From positions 17,783 through 81,782 of the forward strand of contig CAZPEP010000005.1 in assembly GCA_964585685.1 (NCBI GenBank): 64,000 nucleotides of DNA, read 5' to 3'. The stretch's first letter is position 1, and each line of letters begins with the position of its first letter. Position numbers and translations under genes: made by a program. This DNA comes from an uncultured Eubacteriales bacterium (GTDB lineage Bacteria; Acidobacteriota; Aminicenantia; Aminicenantales; Saccharicenantaceae). Of this stretch, positions 1-9,800 are shown one piece after another. The notes below the pieces were generated by a model that saw only the letters and a program-made list of their open reading frames with translations, had not been told where the DNA came from and did not search any database.

Positions 1-1167
1 TTCTTCGGGGCCCTGGCCATCGCCGAGCTTGCCGCGATCTATTCCCAGGCCGGCGGGATCTATGTCTATCTCCGCGAAGCCTACGGGCCCGTCATCGCTT
101 TCCTATTCGGGTGGACCCTGTTCCTGATCGTCGAGGCCGGCACGATCGCGACCCTGGTCGTGGGGTTCTCCACGAAATATTTGCCCTATTTTGTAAATAT
201 TTCGGCGCTCCAGGCCAAGGTTGTCGCGGTCTCCCTCATCGCCATCCTGGCGGCCGTCAATATTCTCGGCGTCAAGAAAGGAGCCTTCCTGATGAACTTC
301 CTGACGAGCATCAAGTTCATCGGCCTGATCGGCATTTGCGTCGTCATCTTCATCTTCGCCAAGGGCTCGACCGCCAACTTCCTGTCCACGGAGTCCGCGG
401 CACCCGTGAGCGGAGGGCTCCTGGGAAGCTTCGGCGTGGCCCTCGTCGCGGCCCTCTGGGCCTATAAAGGATGGGAGACGAGTACATATTGCGCCGGGGA
501 GATCAAAGATCCCCAGAAAAAACTCCCCCTTGGGCTCTTCATCGGAAGCCTGTCGGTCATTTTCCTCTATATCCTGGCCAACCTCGCCTACCTCTACGTT
601 TTTCCCGCCTCCCGCATGGCCGAATCGGGCCGGATCGCCGCCGACGTCATGGAAGCAGCCGTGGGTCCTGTGGGGGCCTCGATCGTCGCCCTCATCATCC
701 TGATGTCCATGACCGGCACGGCCAACGGACACCTCATGACGGCACCCCGGGTCTTTTACGCCATGGCCAAGGACGGGCTGTTCTTCAAGGGCATCGCCAA
801 GGTCCATCCCAAATATCGGACGCCTTACGTCTCCATCATCGTCCTGGCGATCTGGTCGGCCCTGCTCAGCTTGAGCGGGACCTTCGAACAGCTCTATTCC
901 TACGTCATCTTCGGGTTCTGGATTTTCATGGGCCTGACCGTGGCCGGCGTCATCGTCCTCCGCAGGAAGCGGCCGGACCTGCCCCGGCCGTACAAGACGT
1001 GGGGGTATCCCGTGACCCCGATCCTTTTCATCCTCTCTTCCGTCTTCCTGACCATAAACTCTCTCATCAGGACCTTCTGGAACTCTTTCGCGGGCCTGGC
1101 CCTGATCGCGCTCGGCATCCCTGTTTATCTCGTCTGGAGAGGCCGCCGGAAAGCATCGGCTGCCTGA
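1..1167 (+). CDS. amino acid permease, APC superfamily (5' end cut by window edge)
   Basis: Frame +1 is open from base 1 to stop at 1165-1167. Translation is polytopic membrane protein with APC-transporter-like segments (FGWTLFLIVEAG..., YKGWETSTYCAGEIKDPQKK..., many TM helices). Host-typical C-ending codon usage. Confidence 0.75.
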   Translation, partial: FFGALAIAELAAIYSQAGGIYVYLREAYGPVIAFLFGWTLFLIVEAGTIATLVVGFSTKYLPYFVNISALQAKVVAVSLIAILAAVNILGVKKGAFLMNFLTSIKFIGLIGICVVIFIFAKGSTANFLSTESAAPVSGGLLGSFGVALVAALWAYKGWETSTYCAGEIKDPQKKLPLGLFIGSLSVIFLYILANLAYLYVFPASRMAESGRIAADVMEAAVGPVGASIVALIILMSMTGTANGHLMTAPRVFYAMAKDGLFFKGIAKVHPKYRTPYVSIIVLAIWSALLSLSGTFEQLYSYVIFGFWIFMGLTVAGVIVLRRKRPDLPRPYKTWGYPVTPILFILSSVFLTINSLIRTFWNSFAGLALIALGIPVYLVWRGRRKASAA

Positions 1168-1191
1168 TGCCCGCAGCGGGGAGCACAGGAT

Positions 1192-2424
1192 ATGCTGAAC
1201 CTCAATCTCATCCATACTGTAGCCTTCGCGGGCATCGTCCTTTTCATCGGCTACGGCCTTTGCCGTTGGATCAGGCCTCTCTCGAGCTATAACATCCCGG
1301 CGCCCGTCGTCGGGGGGCTCATCGTCGCCCTGGCCATACTCGTCGCCCGCCGGTTCGACGTGAGCCTGTTCACTTTCGACACGACCCTGCGCGATCCGCT
1401 CATGATCGCCTTTTTCACCACGATCGGTTTCGGGGCCAGTCTCAAGCTCCTCAAGATCGGAGGTCCCCAGGTCCTCGTTTTCTTCATCATCGCGACGATC
1501 GCGGCCGTCCTCCAGAACGTCGTCGGCGTGTTGATCGCCCTTCCCTTCGGGCTTAAGCCCCTCTTCGGCGTCCTGGCCGGGTCGGTGACCCTGACCGGCG
1601 GGCCGGCGACCGGCCTCGCCTTCGCGCCGCTGTTCGAAAAAGCGGGCGTCCATGGGGCGGCAACGATCGCTGTGGCCGCCGCCATGTTCGGGATCGTCTG
1701 CGGCGGGCTGATCGGCGGTCCGATCGGGACGCTGCTGATCGACCGCCACCGGCTCCGCAAGCCCAAGACCCATCCGGGCGGCGGCCCCGCGCCGAGCGCC
1801 GACGAGATCGTGGAAGCCAAGGTCCCCGAGCCCAAGGAAGCGGCGCCTGCCGGCGAGGACCAGGAAGCCTATGTCCTGCTTAAGAACCTGGTCGTCCTCC
1901 TGGTCGCCATGTGGATCGGCTCCTGGTTGAGCAAAGGCTTCCAGGCGCTCCACTTTACCCTGCCCGCCTACATCGGGGCCATGTTCGTCGCGGCCATCAT
2001 CCGCAACCTGGATGACCTAACTCATCTGTTCGGACTCTCCCAGCGAACCATGGACGATCTCGGCCACGTCTCTCTTTCGATCTTCCTCGTCCTCGCCTTG
2101 ATGACGCTGAAACTATGGGAGCTCGCCGGTCTCGTCCTGCCCCTGATCATCGTTCTTGTCGGCCAAGCCCTGCTCCTCGTCTTTCTCTGCCTGGGCCCCG
2201 TCTTCAAGCTCATGGGACGCGATTATGAATCGGCCGTCATGAGCGGAGGCTTTTTCGGGTTCATGATGGGGACGACCGCCAACGCCATGGCCAATATGAA
2301 GGTCCTAGTCGACAAGTACGGGCGCGCGCCCCGGGCCTTTCTGGTCGTGCCCATGGTCGGGGCGTTCTTCATCGATTTCACGAACGCCCTCCTGATCACG
2401 GTCTTCCTGAATATCTTCAAGTGA
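1192..2424 (+). CDS. gltS: sodium/glutamate symporter GltS
   Basis: 410 aa. Strong colinear similarity to E. coli GltS (IPAPVVGGLIVALAILV, SLRDPLMIAFFTTIGF, LAGSVTLTGG, VVPMVGAFFIDFTNALLI). Confidence 0.85.
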   Translation: MLNLNLIHTVAFAGIVLFIGYGLCRWIRPLSSYNIPAPVVGGLIVALAILVARRFDVSLFTFDTTLRDPLMIAFFTTIGFGASLKLLKIGGPQVLVFFIIATIAAVLQNVVGVLIALPFGLKPLFGVLAGSVTLTGGPATGLAFAPLFEKAGVHGAATIAVAAAMFGIVCGGLIGGPIGTLLIDRHRLRKPKTHPGGGPAPSADEIVEAKVPEPKEAAPAGEDQEAYVLLKNLVVLLVAMWIGSWLSKGFQALHFTLPAYIGAMFVAAIIRNLDDLTHLFGLSQRTMDDLGHVSLSIFLVLALMTLKLWELAGLVLPLIIVLVGQALLLVFLCLGPVFKLMGRDYESAVMSGGFFGFMMGTTANAMANMKVLVDKYGRAPRAFLVVPMVGAFFIDFTNALLITVFLNIFK

Positions 2425-2478
2425 ACGCCGCTTGTCAAAGAACAGGGGAGAGTTACGGACCGGGGCTGGGGAGGGGAT

Positions 2479-2536
2479 TGGCTGGGAAGCAAGGATTCGG
2501 ACCTTGATTGCTTGATCCGGAGTCAAGAGTTCCCCA
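2479..2536 (-). repeat. degenerate partial copy of tRNA-Gln 3' portion (anticodon stem to CCA), likely att-site remnant
   Basis: Reverse complement reads TGGGGAACTCTTGACTCCGGATCAAGCAATCAAGGTCCGAATCCTTGCTTCCCAGCCA. It matches the 3' 56-58 nt of the full tRNA-Gln at 6449..6522 with ~3-4 mismatches. D-arm absent. AT-rich DNA follows. Confidence 0.6.
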
Positions 2537-2810
2537 TTATAACCGATATATAATCAACTAGATGCGTCTTTTGTCTTTTCTTATTGGCTAGTTTTTAGCT
2601 AGTGCCGACACAGGAACAAGGCGGGGCAGCTTCAATGCTTGAAAACCTCACTTCAGAGGTGATACATTGGGCGGGGGAGGTCAAGACCCTTTGAGAAGAT
2701 AGCAAGAAGGATCCTGGATCTAAATCTGGTGATCGCGCTTGCATCGATAGGCGCATTTTCCTGCCGGGCCCGAAGAGACTCCCGACCCTGGCTCAAAGAT
2801 CCCGCGGTCA

Positions 2811-4202
2811 TCAAACACGGCGTTGATGCTCGATGACCTTCTCCGCGGTATCCGCACCCATCCGCATCGCGATGTGCATCGTGGGATAGCCGAAGCCGCC
2901 CTGGCGTCCGACCGAAGAAAGATTCCGGAATGCGGCCAAATAATTCTTAGCCTTCTCAAAATGGAGCTCGAAGCCGAGTCGGAAAACAGGATATCCGTAC
3001 GCGGACCGAAGGAGATGGCACTCGGCGATTTCATCTCGACGGATAAGCCCCTCGGCTTCGAGATCGTCCAGGATCCGTTGACGTGTCGCTGTGCCGCCGT
3101 TCCACCTGTCGTCCCCCTCGTCGCAGGTCATCTCGACGACCAGGACGCTGTGGTCCGGCGGGTGCACGTCCAGCCCGCTGTTTTTCGGCTCGGCGATACG
3201 ATGGAAGATCCTGTCCCGGAAGTAGATGAATGGGACATCGAAGACCCTGGACTTGCGGACGAGCAGGCCGTACACGGCGATGGGCTTGTAACGGAGGTGG
3301 TCGCACGCTTCCAGAATGTCGTGCGGAGGGGTCGGGGCCATGGATCGGATGAGCTCCGGGAGCGGAATGGTCGAGATACAGTGCGCGCAGGGGAATGGCC
3401 TGGTCACGCCGTTTCGCTCGACCTGCACCGCCGTCACCAGGCCGTCCTCGGTTTCGATGCCGGTCGCCGTGCTGTCCAGGATGACCGCGCCCCCGTGCCT
3501 GCGAATATGCTCCGCCAACGCAAGCGGCAATTCCCGCGAACCCGTCGGTGTGTACCAGACAGTCTCATGCCTGAGTGCGCTCGCCGCAGCGTCGTCGCCG
3601 GCCCTGATCCCGACCGCGTCCAGAGCCTTCTTGACGACATCGACGGCCCCGAGGCGCGGCATCCGCGTGCGCACGAACGTCGCGGAAAGATCGCTCGGAG
3701 GGATCCCCCAGTACGCCTGCGTAAAGCCGCAGAAGAAATGCTCGTAAAGGGGACGCCCGTAGAGCCGGATGAGCGCATCTTCGGCATTCCGCGCCGGCTC
3801 CCGAGCGAATTTGTTGCGGACCGTCTGCGCTATCAAGCCCCCGAGCAACGCGGCGAGCGTCCCGAGCGGGACGCTTTTCAACAGATCGAGAAACTCCAAC
3901 GGGTATCTCCGGCGGCCGTTGCCGAAGCGGATGAAGGCCCTCAACGCGGCCGGGCGAAGACGGTCGCCCATGAGAGCCTTCATATCCTCGAAGATCTCGC
4001 GGTCGAAGGCGTGCAGATGATGGGCGCCGAGATCGTAAAAATTTCCGTTGAACTCCCGGCCGGCGGCGAGGCCGCCCGGGGCCGGGCCCTTTTCGAAAAC
4101 GGTCACGGGCACGCCCTGTTCGGCAAGGACGCGGGCGGCGTAGAGACCGCACATCCCCCCGCCGAGGACGAGGACCTTCGGGCCTCCAGACGCGGATTTC
4201 AA
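2811..4202 (-). CDS. FAD-dependent oxidoreductase (amine oxidase / protoporphyrinogen-oxidase-like fold)
   Basis: 463 aa. N-terminal dinucleotide-binding motif VLVLGGGMCGLYAARVLAEQG...FEKGPAPGG. Start codon overlaps stop of upstream gene by 4 bp (coupled). Confidence 0.65.
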   Translation of the reverse strand: MKSASGGPKVLVLGGGMCGLYAARVLAEQGVPVTVFEKGPAPGGLAAGREFNGNFYDLGAHHLHAFDREIFEDMKALMGDRLRPAALRAFIRFGNGRRRYPLEFLDLLKSVPLGTLAALLGGLIAQTVRNKFAREPARNAEDALIRLYGRPLYEHFFCGFTQAYWGIPPSDLSATFVRTRMPRLGAVDVVKKALDAVGIRAGDDAAASALRHETVWYTPTGSRELPLALAEHIRRHGGAVILDSTATGIETEDGLVTAVQVERNGVTRPFPCAHCISTIPLPELIRSMAPTPPHDILEACDHLRYKPIAVYGLLVRKSRVFDVPFIYFRDRIFHRIAEPKNSGLDVHPPDHSVLVVEMTCDEGDDRWNGGTATRQRILDDLEAEGLIRRDEIAECHLLRSAYGYPVFRLGFELHFEKAKNYLAAFRNLSSVGRQGGFGYPTMHIAMRMGADTAEKVIEHQRRV

Positions 4203-5602
4203 TGCGGCCGTTCCCCGACAGCCGACAGGACCCGTTCCTGGCGCGCGAATGTCCGCGACAGGAAGGTATCGGGAAGGATGACATCGTCGCGAAGGAGCGC
4301 CTTGTCCTTCGGCACGCTGCGTTTCAGGCGGGGGAGGATGCCGTCCTCGCCTTCCAGGAGCGCGATCGGCACCATGCCCTTTAGGTCGGCCGGGCCGGCA
4401 AGCTCCAGGAGTCCGTAGAAAAGATCGCCGCCGATGCCGTGCGGAACGGATTCGCCCTTCTTCACGGCGCGCTTCGCGTAAGCATAAACGTCCGTCAAGC
4501 GGCCTTGTCGCGGCCAGAGCACGGGACTCCGGTCCAGCACGGCGCGCGCGATCGCCGAGGGAGTTTCCAGGTGACAGAGATGGAACGGCCGATAGAAGAG
4601 ATAGAAGGGGCCGTTGCCCATCTTGTAATACTTGAGATAAGACGCCTGAACGGGGTCGTCGCAGGAACCGACGACGAAAACCCCGCCCCCCGGCTCCGCG
4701 CCGAGAATGTAATCGACAACCCCCGTAGCTCCGTACTTGCGGAAGTCAAAAAGGCTGAAGACGTCGTTGACATTCTTGGCCTCGGGCCCCTCCATCCCAG
4801 GAGCCCAGGGAACCAGCCCCGTGCCGTTTGCGATGAGCCCCATCTCGATGTTGAGTTTCGTGCCGTCTGTATAGGCGCAGCACTGGACGGGGTCCAGGTT
4901 CCGGATCCGCGCCTCGTGCTCGAGGGAATCCGCGGTCGCGTAACGGTTCAGGAAGCCCTTGATGTTGCCGGCCATGACGATGCGGAAGGACCACAGCCGG
5001 ATCTCGTCGATCATCCGTGCCAGGACACCGTGCTGGTCGCCGGCGTCGCTCGTCGCGACGACCCCGTTGCGGACCGCCGTGTCGTGGAGGACGGAGCCCA
5101 GGGCCAGGTCCACTTCCGCGTTCATGAGGATGACGTGGATCTTCCTTTCCAGGGCCTCCAGGCAGAGTCTCCCCGCAAACCCGATCGTGCTCGTGGCTTC
5201 GACGACGACGTCCACGCCGAGCCCGTGGTCCTTGTCCAGCAGGAAGAAGGGATCGCGGGTAACGATGACCTCCCCGTTCTTTGGCATGGGATCGGACGCG
5301 GAGACGACGGCGTACGGCTTTCCGTAGGCCCGGACGGCCCGGAGGGCCGCGTCGAGACGGGTATCCGTCACCGAGACAAGTTCCATGGCCGGCGTCTGCC
5401 CAATCTGCCAGCTGATCCCGACACCCATGGCGCCGGCGCCGACCAGCGCCACGCGGATCCGCTGTCCTGACCTCTGGTACTGGATCAGCCTGTCGTAATA
5501 CACAAATAATTCCTTTTCTGCGCCGGGAGTATATCTTCGGCACCGCGGCCTGTCAATGAACCGGTTCGGGACCGGATTCCGGTCAAGAACGGGCCCTTTC
5601 AT
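4199..5602 (-). CDS. NAD(P)-binding oxidoreductase, homoserine-dehydrogenase-like N-terminal domain plus SAF-like C-terminal region
   Basis: 467 aa. Rossmann motif RVALVGAGAMGVG. Overall resemblance to COG4091-type predicted homoserine dehydrogenase/SAF domain proteins. 4-bp overlap with downstream oxidoreductase gene. Confidence 0.55.
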   Translation of the reverse strand: MKGPVLDRNPVPNRFIDRPRCRRYTPGAEKELFVYYDRLIQYQRSGQRIRVALVGAGAMGVGISWQIGQTPAMELVSVTDTRLDAALRAVRAYGKPYAVVSASDPMPKNGEVIVTRDPFFLLDKDHGLGVDVVVEATSTIGFAGRLCLEALERKIHVILMNAEVDLALGSVLHDTAVRNGVVATSDAGDQHGVLARMIDEIRLWSFRIVMAGNIKGFLNRYATADSLEHEARIRNLDPVQCCAYTDGTKLNIEMGLIANGTGLVPWAPGMEGPEAKNVNDVFSLFDFRKYGATGVVDYILGAEPGGGVFVVGSCDDPVQASYLKYYKMGNGPFYLFYRPFHLCHLETPSAIARAVLDRSPVLWPRQGRLTDVYAYAKRAVKKGESVPHGIGGDLFYGLLELAGPADLKGMVPIALLEGEDGILPRLKRSVPKDKALLRDDVILPDTFLSRTFARQERVLSAVGERPH

Positions 5603-5762
5603 GCATAAAAGCTATCTCCACGGCTTCCCGGTCGGCATCGGGAAGGCAACGACGGAATTTCCATACGAAGTCGGGATGGTAACTCCTGGCTTGTTTTGCT
5701 CAGGAGCTTAAGCTTTGGCGCGAAGGGAAGCGACGATGCGCCGCACGGAGCGGGGAGAGATT

Positions 5763-6023
5763 CTATAGGCCGATCAGATAGATGATCGCGAAAACCAAGG
5801 CCATGACATAGGATCCGACGCAAGGATAATACAGGGGCCCGACCTTTCCTGTCTCTTTCCGGGTCAACTGTTGATACTGACCGATGTCCTTGAAGAGATA
5901 CAGCCTGAGCAGGGCGAAATTGGTTTTGACCCCTCGCTTGGAGACCTCGTGGATGATCATCATGGAAAAGACGATCCCCAGGCCCACCGACACGAATGCT
6001 AAGATCAGGGCCGCATTGACCAT
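5763..6023 (-). CDS. small membrane protein (2 predicted TM helices), hypothetical
   Basis: 86 aa, two hydrophobic helices, lower GC than flanks. Weak call. Confidence 0.3.
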   Translation of the reverse strand: MVNAALILAFVSVGLGIVFSMMIIHEVSKRGVKTNFALLRLYLFKDIGQYQQLTRKETGKVGPLYYPCVGSYVMALVFAIIYLIGL

Positions 6024-6166
6024 TTATTCCTCCCTATCATCATCTCCCCTAAATAAAAAGGATATCCAGACCATGGCCGGGTGTCAAGAACTCGAGATCG
6101 GAAGGGCTGGGAGGCCGGCGGGCGGATCGTCGTGCTGGGGATTAAGCTCTTAGAGAGCGGAAAGCG

Positions 6167-6237
6167 TGGCGTGCCTGAAAGGATTCGAACCTCCGACCTT
6201 TGGATCCGGGGTCCAACGCTTGCCCAGTTAGAGGCGC
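6167..6237 (-). pseudogene. degenerate tRNA-Arg(CCG)-like sequence (tRNA remnant / att-core fragment)
   Basis: RC: GCGCCTC-TA-ACTGGGCAAGCG-TTGGA-CCCCGGA-TCCAA-AGGTC-GGAGG-TTCGAAT-CCTTT-CAGGCAC-G-CCA. Good anticodon arm (anticodon CCG), T-arm with TTCGAAT loop, U8-A9 and encoded CCA. D-arm region is ~4-6 nt too short, the acceptor has 2 mismatches and position 33 is C. A related 3' fragment recurs at 57807..57840. Confidence 0.35.
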
Positions 6238-6448
6238 ATCGTTGCAATCAACTTCAATACGGATTCTTAATCGACGATCTGTGGGTCAAATAGGCCTGAA
6301 AAAGGTTGGCTATTTTTTGGCTCGTTGAAAACTAAAAAAGGGCTTAAAACGACCGAAAATTACTTAATCAAATCGAACCGCGATAAGACCTTTAGGCGAT
6401 TATTAACAAATCGTAAATGCAGGAGAATAAAGAATTCAGATTTAGGAT

Positions 6449-6522
6449 TGGCTGGGAAGCAAGGATTCGAACCTTGATTACTTGATCCAGAGTCAAGAGT
6501 CCTGCCGTTGGACGACTTCCCA
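6449..6522 (-). tRNA. tRNA-Gln (anticodon CUG)
   Basis: RC: TGGGAAG-TC-GTCC-AACGGCA-GGAC-T-CTTGA-CTCTGGA-TCAAG-TAAT-CAAGG-TTCGAAT-CCTTG-CTTCCCA-G-CCA. U1:A72 pair and ...CCCAGCCA 3' end as in bacterial tRNA-Gln. 74 nt, CCA encoded. Confidence 0.8.
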
Positions 6523-6594
6523 GCAAGGACCTCGCTATCATAATCAAAATCGCGGCGGATTTCAATATGTTTCCCCGAGAGGAGTTCCCCTAAC

Positions 6595-6650
6595 AAATAT
6601 GGATCGAAGAGCGCCGGTTAGACCGGCGATGGATTTTGCAGCTCGGGGAG
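6595..6650. other. conserved ~55-nt element, copy A (candidate small RNA / regulatory hairpin)
   Basis: AAATATGGATCGAAGAGCGCCGGTTAGACCGGCGATGGATTTTGCAGCTCGGGGA. A second copy lies at 25622..25677 with a compensatory C:G to T:A change at the base of the GCCGGT-NNN-ACCGGC hairpin. Confidence 0.4.
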
Positions 6651-6810
6651 CTTCGTCAGTCCCTGGGTCTGACTATAGAGAAACTGTCCGATGCCGTCGC
6701 CCAGCGGCGGCCTTCCGGAACCCGTCGGGCCGATAAGAAACAAAGCTTCGACGGGGGGCGGGCTCGCCGCGATCTTTCTTGTTCCGGTTTCCTCTGCCCG
6801 ATCGATTTCC

Positions 6811-9800
6811 TTACTTCTCCCAACTTCTTTTATAAACCGGATATGTCGGTTTCTTGTGCTTGGGCATCGGATTCTTGGCCAGCAGGTCGAGAGCGACCTG
6901 GATCGCTTTTTCAAGCTGGGGATCTTGACCGGCCTTGACGGCCGCCGGGTCCATTTCGACCATGACGTCCGGATCGACGCCGTGGTTTTCGACATCCCAC
7001 GTGCCGTTAGGGTTCCAGAATCCGATTTGGGGGGCGCCAATTGACCCGCCGTCCATGAGCGGGGCCGCGTTGTTCCTCCCGACAAGCCCGCCCCAGGTTC
7101 TTGTCCCCACGAGGGGCCCTACCCCCGCCGCCCTGAACAGCCAGGGCATCATGTCCCCGCCCGACCCGGCATACTCGTTGATGATCATTACCTTGGGACC
7201 ATAAATGGAACCCACCGGCGTGACGTATTCGGCCCCGTTCCGGGAGGCAAAATAGCCCATCAACGGCCTACGCATGTAATCGATGATGTAATCGGCGATA
7301 AATCCGCCCTGATTGAAGCGCTCATCGATGATCGCTCCCTCTTTCCCGACCTGGGCGAAATAGTACCGGTTGAAGCTCGAGAAGCCATCCTCGGCCGTGT
7401 CGGGAATCCAGATGTAAGCCAGCCGGCCGCCACTCAGGGCGTCGACCTTTCTCCGGTTGTCCTCGATCCAGGCCAGGTTCCTCAACCGATATTCATCGGC
7501 CACCGGAATGACGGTCACTTCGCGTGCCCCCTTGCCGTCAGGATTGGGGCCTACCTTCAGCGTGACCTGCTTGCCGTCCGTCGCTACGAAGTATTTATAG
7601 ACTTCCTCGGTCGCTGGGATGTCCTTTCCGTTCGCGGCCAGCAGATATTCTCCCGGGACCACGTTGACGCCGGGCTGAGTCAGCGGCGCCCTGAGGTCCG
7701 GGTTCCAATTCTCGCCGTTGTAAACCCGGGCAAACCGATAACGGCCGTTTTCGATCGTGTAATCCGCGCCGAGCAAACCCACCCTGACCGGCAGAACCTC
7801 GGGCTGGTCCCCTCCCCCAACAAACACGTGCCCGCAGGTCAATTCCCCGAGCAAGTCTTCGAAGAGATAATTCAGGTCCTGACGGCAGACCACCGAGGCC
7901 AGGAACGGCTCGTAACGTTTTTCAAGGGCCGCCAGGTTGAGGCCGTGAAGGCCGGCGTCATAGAAGAAATCGCGCTCGAGCCTCAGGGCTTCATGGAACA
8001 TCTGTCTCCATTCGACCGGGGGATCAACAAAGACGTTCATCTCGGCTGTCCGCAGCGTTCCTTTGCCCGGTTCGACCGGTCCCGCCGTCGCGGCGATCGC
8101 CCAGGACGGACCCTGATTGTAAAGAATTTTCTCCCCCGTGGCGGATATGACGAAACCATCGACGTTCTCCAGGAACTTGTCGATCTTCCGCGCGGCGAGA
8201 TCGAACTTATGGAGCGTTTGGCCTCCGCCGGCGGCCGACCCAATGGCCCCTGGGACCAGTAGGCCTTCGAGAAGAAAGAGGACCCCTTCTTTTCCCGTCG
8301 AGAGGGCCAGATAGTTTTTGACGGGGACCGGGAGAGCGAGAATCCGCTGGCTGATCCCTTCGAAATCGATCACAGTTTTTTCGGCTGCCTTGGCCTTGTC
8401 CTTTTCCTCGGCGGACTTATCGGCATCCTTTATTCCCGAGCCCTTCTTCGCATCCTTGGCCTCGGCTTTTTCCGGCTCCTTGGGCTTTTCTTCGTCGCTC
8501 TCGGGCGCGAGGGGCGACGGCAGGTCCTTGCGAAGGACGGCGATGTACGCGCTTCGGCTCACCGGACGAACCAGCTTGGACATATCGAGCCAACCGGGGG
8601 TAAAGCCGACGTCGGTGCTGGCCGTAAAAAAGAGGTATTTCCCGCTTTTATCGAAGGCCGGGAACCTGGCGTCGCTGAGACCGTCGGTGATCTGGCTCGC
8701 TTTCCCCGTTTCCAGGGAATAGGCGAAAATGGCGTTCATACGGCTCGGAAGCTGTTTGGCGTACGTCAGCCACCGGCTGTCGGGCGACCAGCCGAAATTG
8801 AACGAGAGAGCCGGACTGAAATAATACGTCGTGTCGACCTTAACGGGAATTCCTTGATCGATGTCCACGTACCAGAGATTCAAGCGTTTGTCGCTGTAGG
8901 CGATCTTCTTCCCGTCGGGAGACCAGTCCAGCCGGAAGAAGAACGACGGCGGATCGCCAAGCCCGATCTTCTTTGCGGGGCCCTTTCCGGCCTGGTCGAT
9001 GATGTGGAGAGCGTATTCGCCGGATTCGTCCGAGAAATAGGCAACCGATTTACCGTCGGGGGACCAGGCCGGGCTGCGCTCCACGGCTCCCGTAGTCCGC
9101 GTCAGATTCCGGATGTCGCCTTTTTCAGCCGGGACTGTCAGAATTTCGCCGCGGGTCTCGAACACGGCCCGGGCGCCGTTCGGCGAGATGTCCGCCGCGG
9201 AAATCCGGCTCCCGACTTGGACGAAATGGGGCCGGACCTCCGGGAAATCCCCGTCAAGAGAGACATCGATCGATCGGGCTTTTGCCGAGGATATATCGAA
9301 AAACAAAAGCCCTCCGAGCTGTTCGATGATGATTCCGCCGGGCCCGGCCGATGCCGATTTGAAATCGAAGCCGTCGTTTCCTAAAGCCTCCTTGACCGTT
9401 TTCGTCGCCGTGTCATAGACGAAAAGGGAGACAGGACCCTTGCGGTCGGACAGGAAATAGACTTTGTCCCCGATCCACATGGGGTTCGAATCGTTGGAAT
9501 TTTCGCGGGGGACTTTCTCGACCTTGAGGTCGGATAAGCCGATGATCCAGATCGGCCATGTTTGTCCGCCCTGATAGCGTTTCCAAGCCTTCTGGAACTG
9601 GAAGATCGGAACATAGGCCAGCCGCTTGCCGTCGGGAGAATAGGAACCCTCGGAGGCCGTCGGCAAGGGGATCTCCTCGGGGAATCCCCCGGAGACGGGC
9701 ACCGAGGATAAACGCGGCACGAAAGAGAAGTTGTTGCGGGACGAAAGGAAGAGAATTCGTTTGCCGTCGGGAGACCACCCGACGACGCTGTCGTTCTCCG

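Noticed and set aside
103-1953. 616-aa minus-strand ORF spanning both transporter genes
   Set aside because: It lies antisense to two well-supported membrane transporter genes and its translation is low-complexity (D/E/R/G-rich). Typical high-GC antisense artefact.
2823-4418. 531-aa plus-strand ORF over the FAD-oxidoreductase region
   Set aside because: It is antisense to a gene with a clear dinucleotide-binding motif. Its Arg/Pro-rich translation has no domain features.
6167-6237. tRNA-Arg(CCG) as a functional tRNA gene
   Set aside because: The D-arm region is too short to form a stem-loop, the acceptor stem has two mismatches and position 33 is C. Kept only as a remnant or pseudogene.
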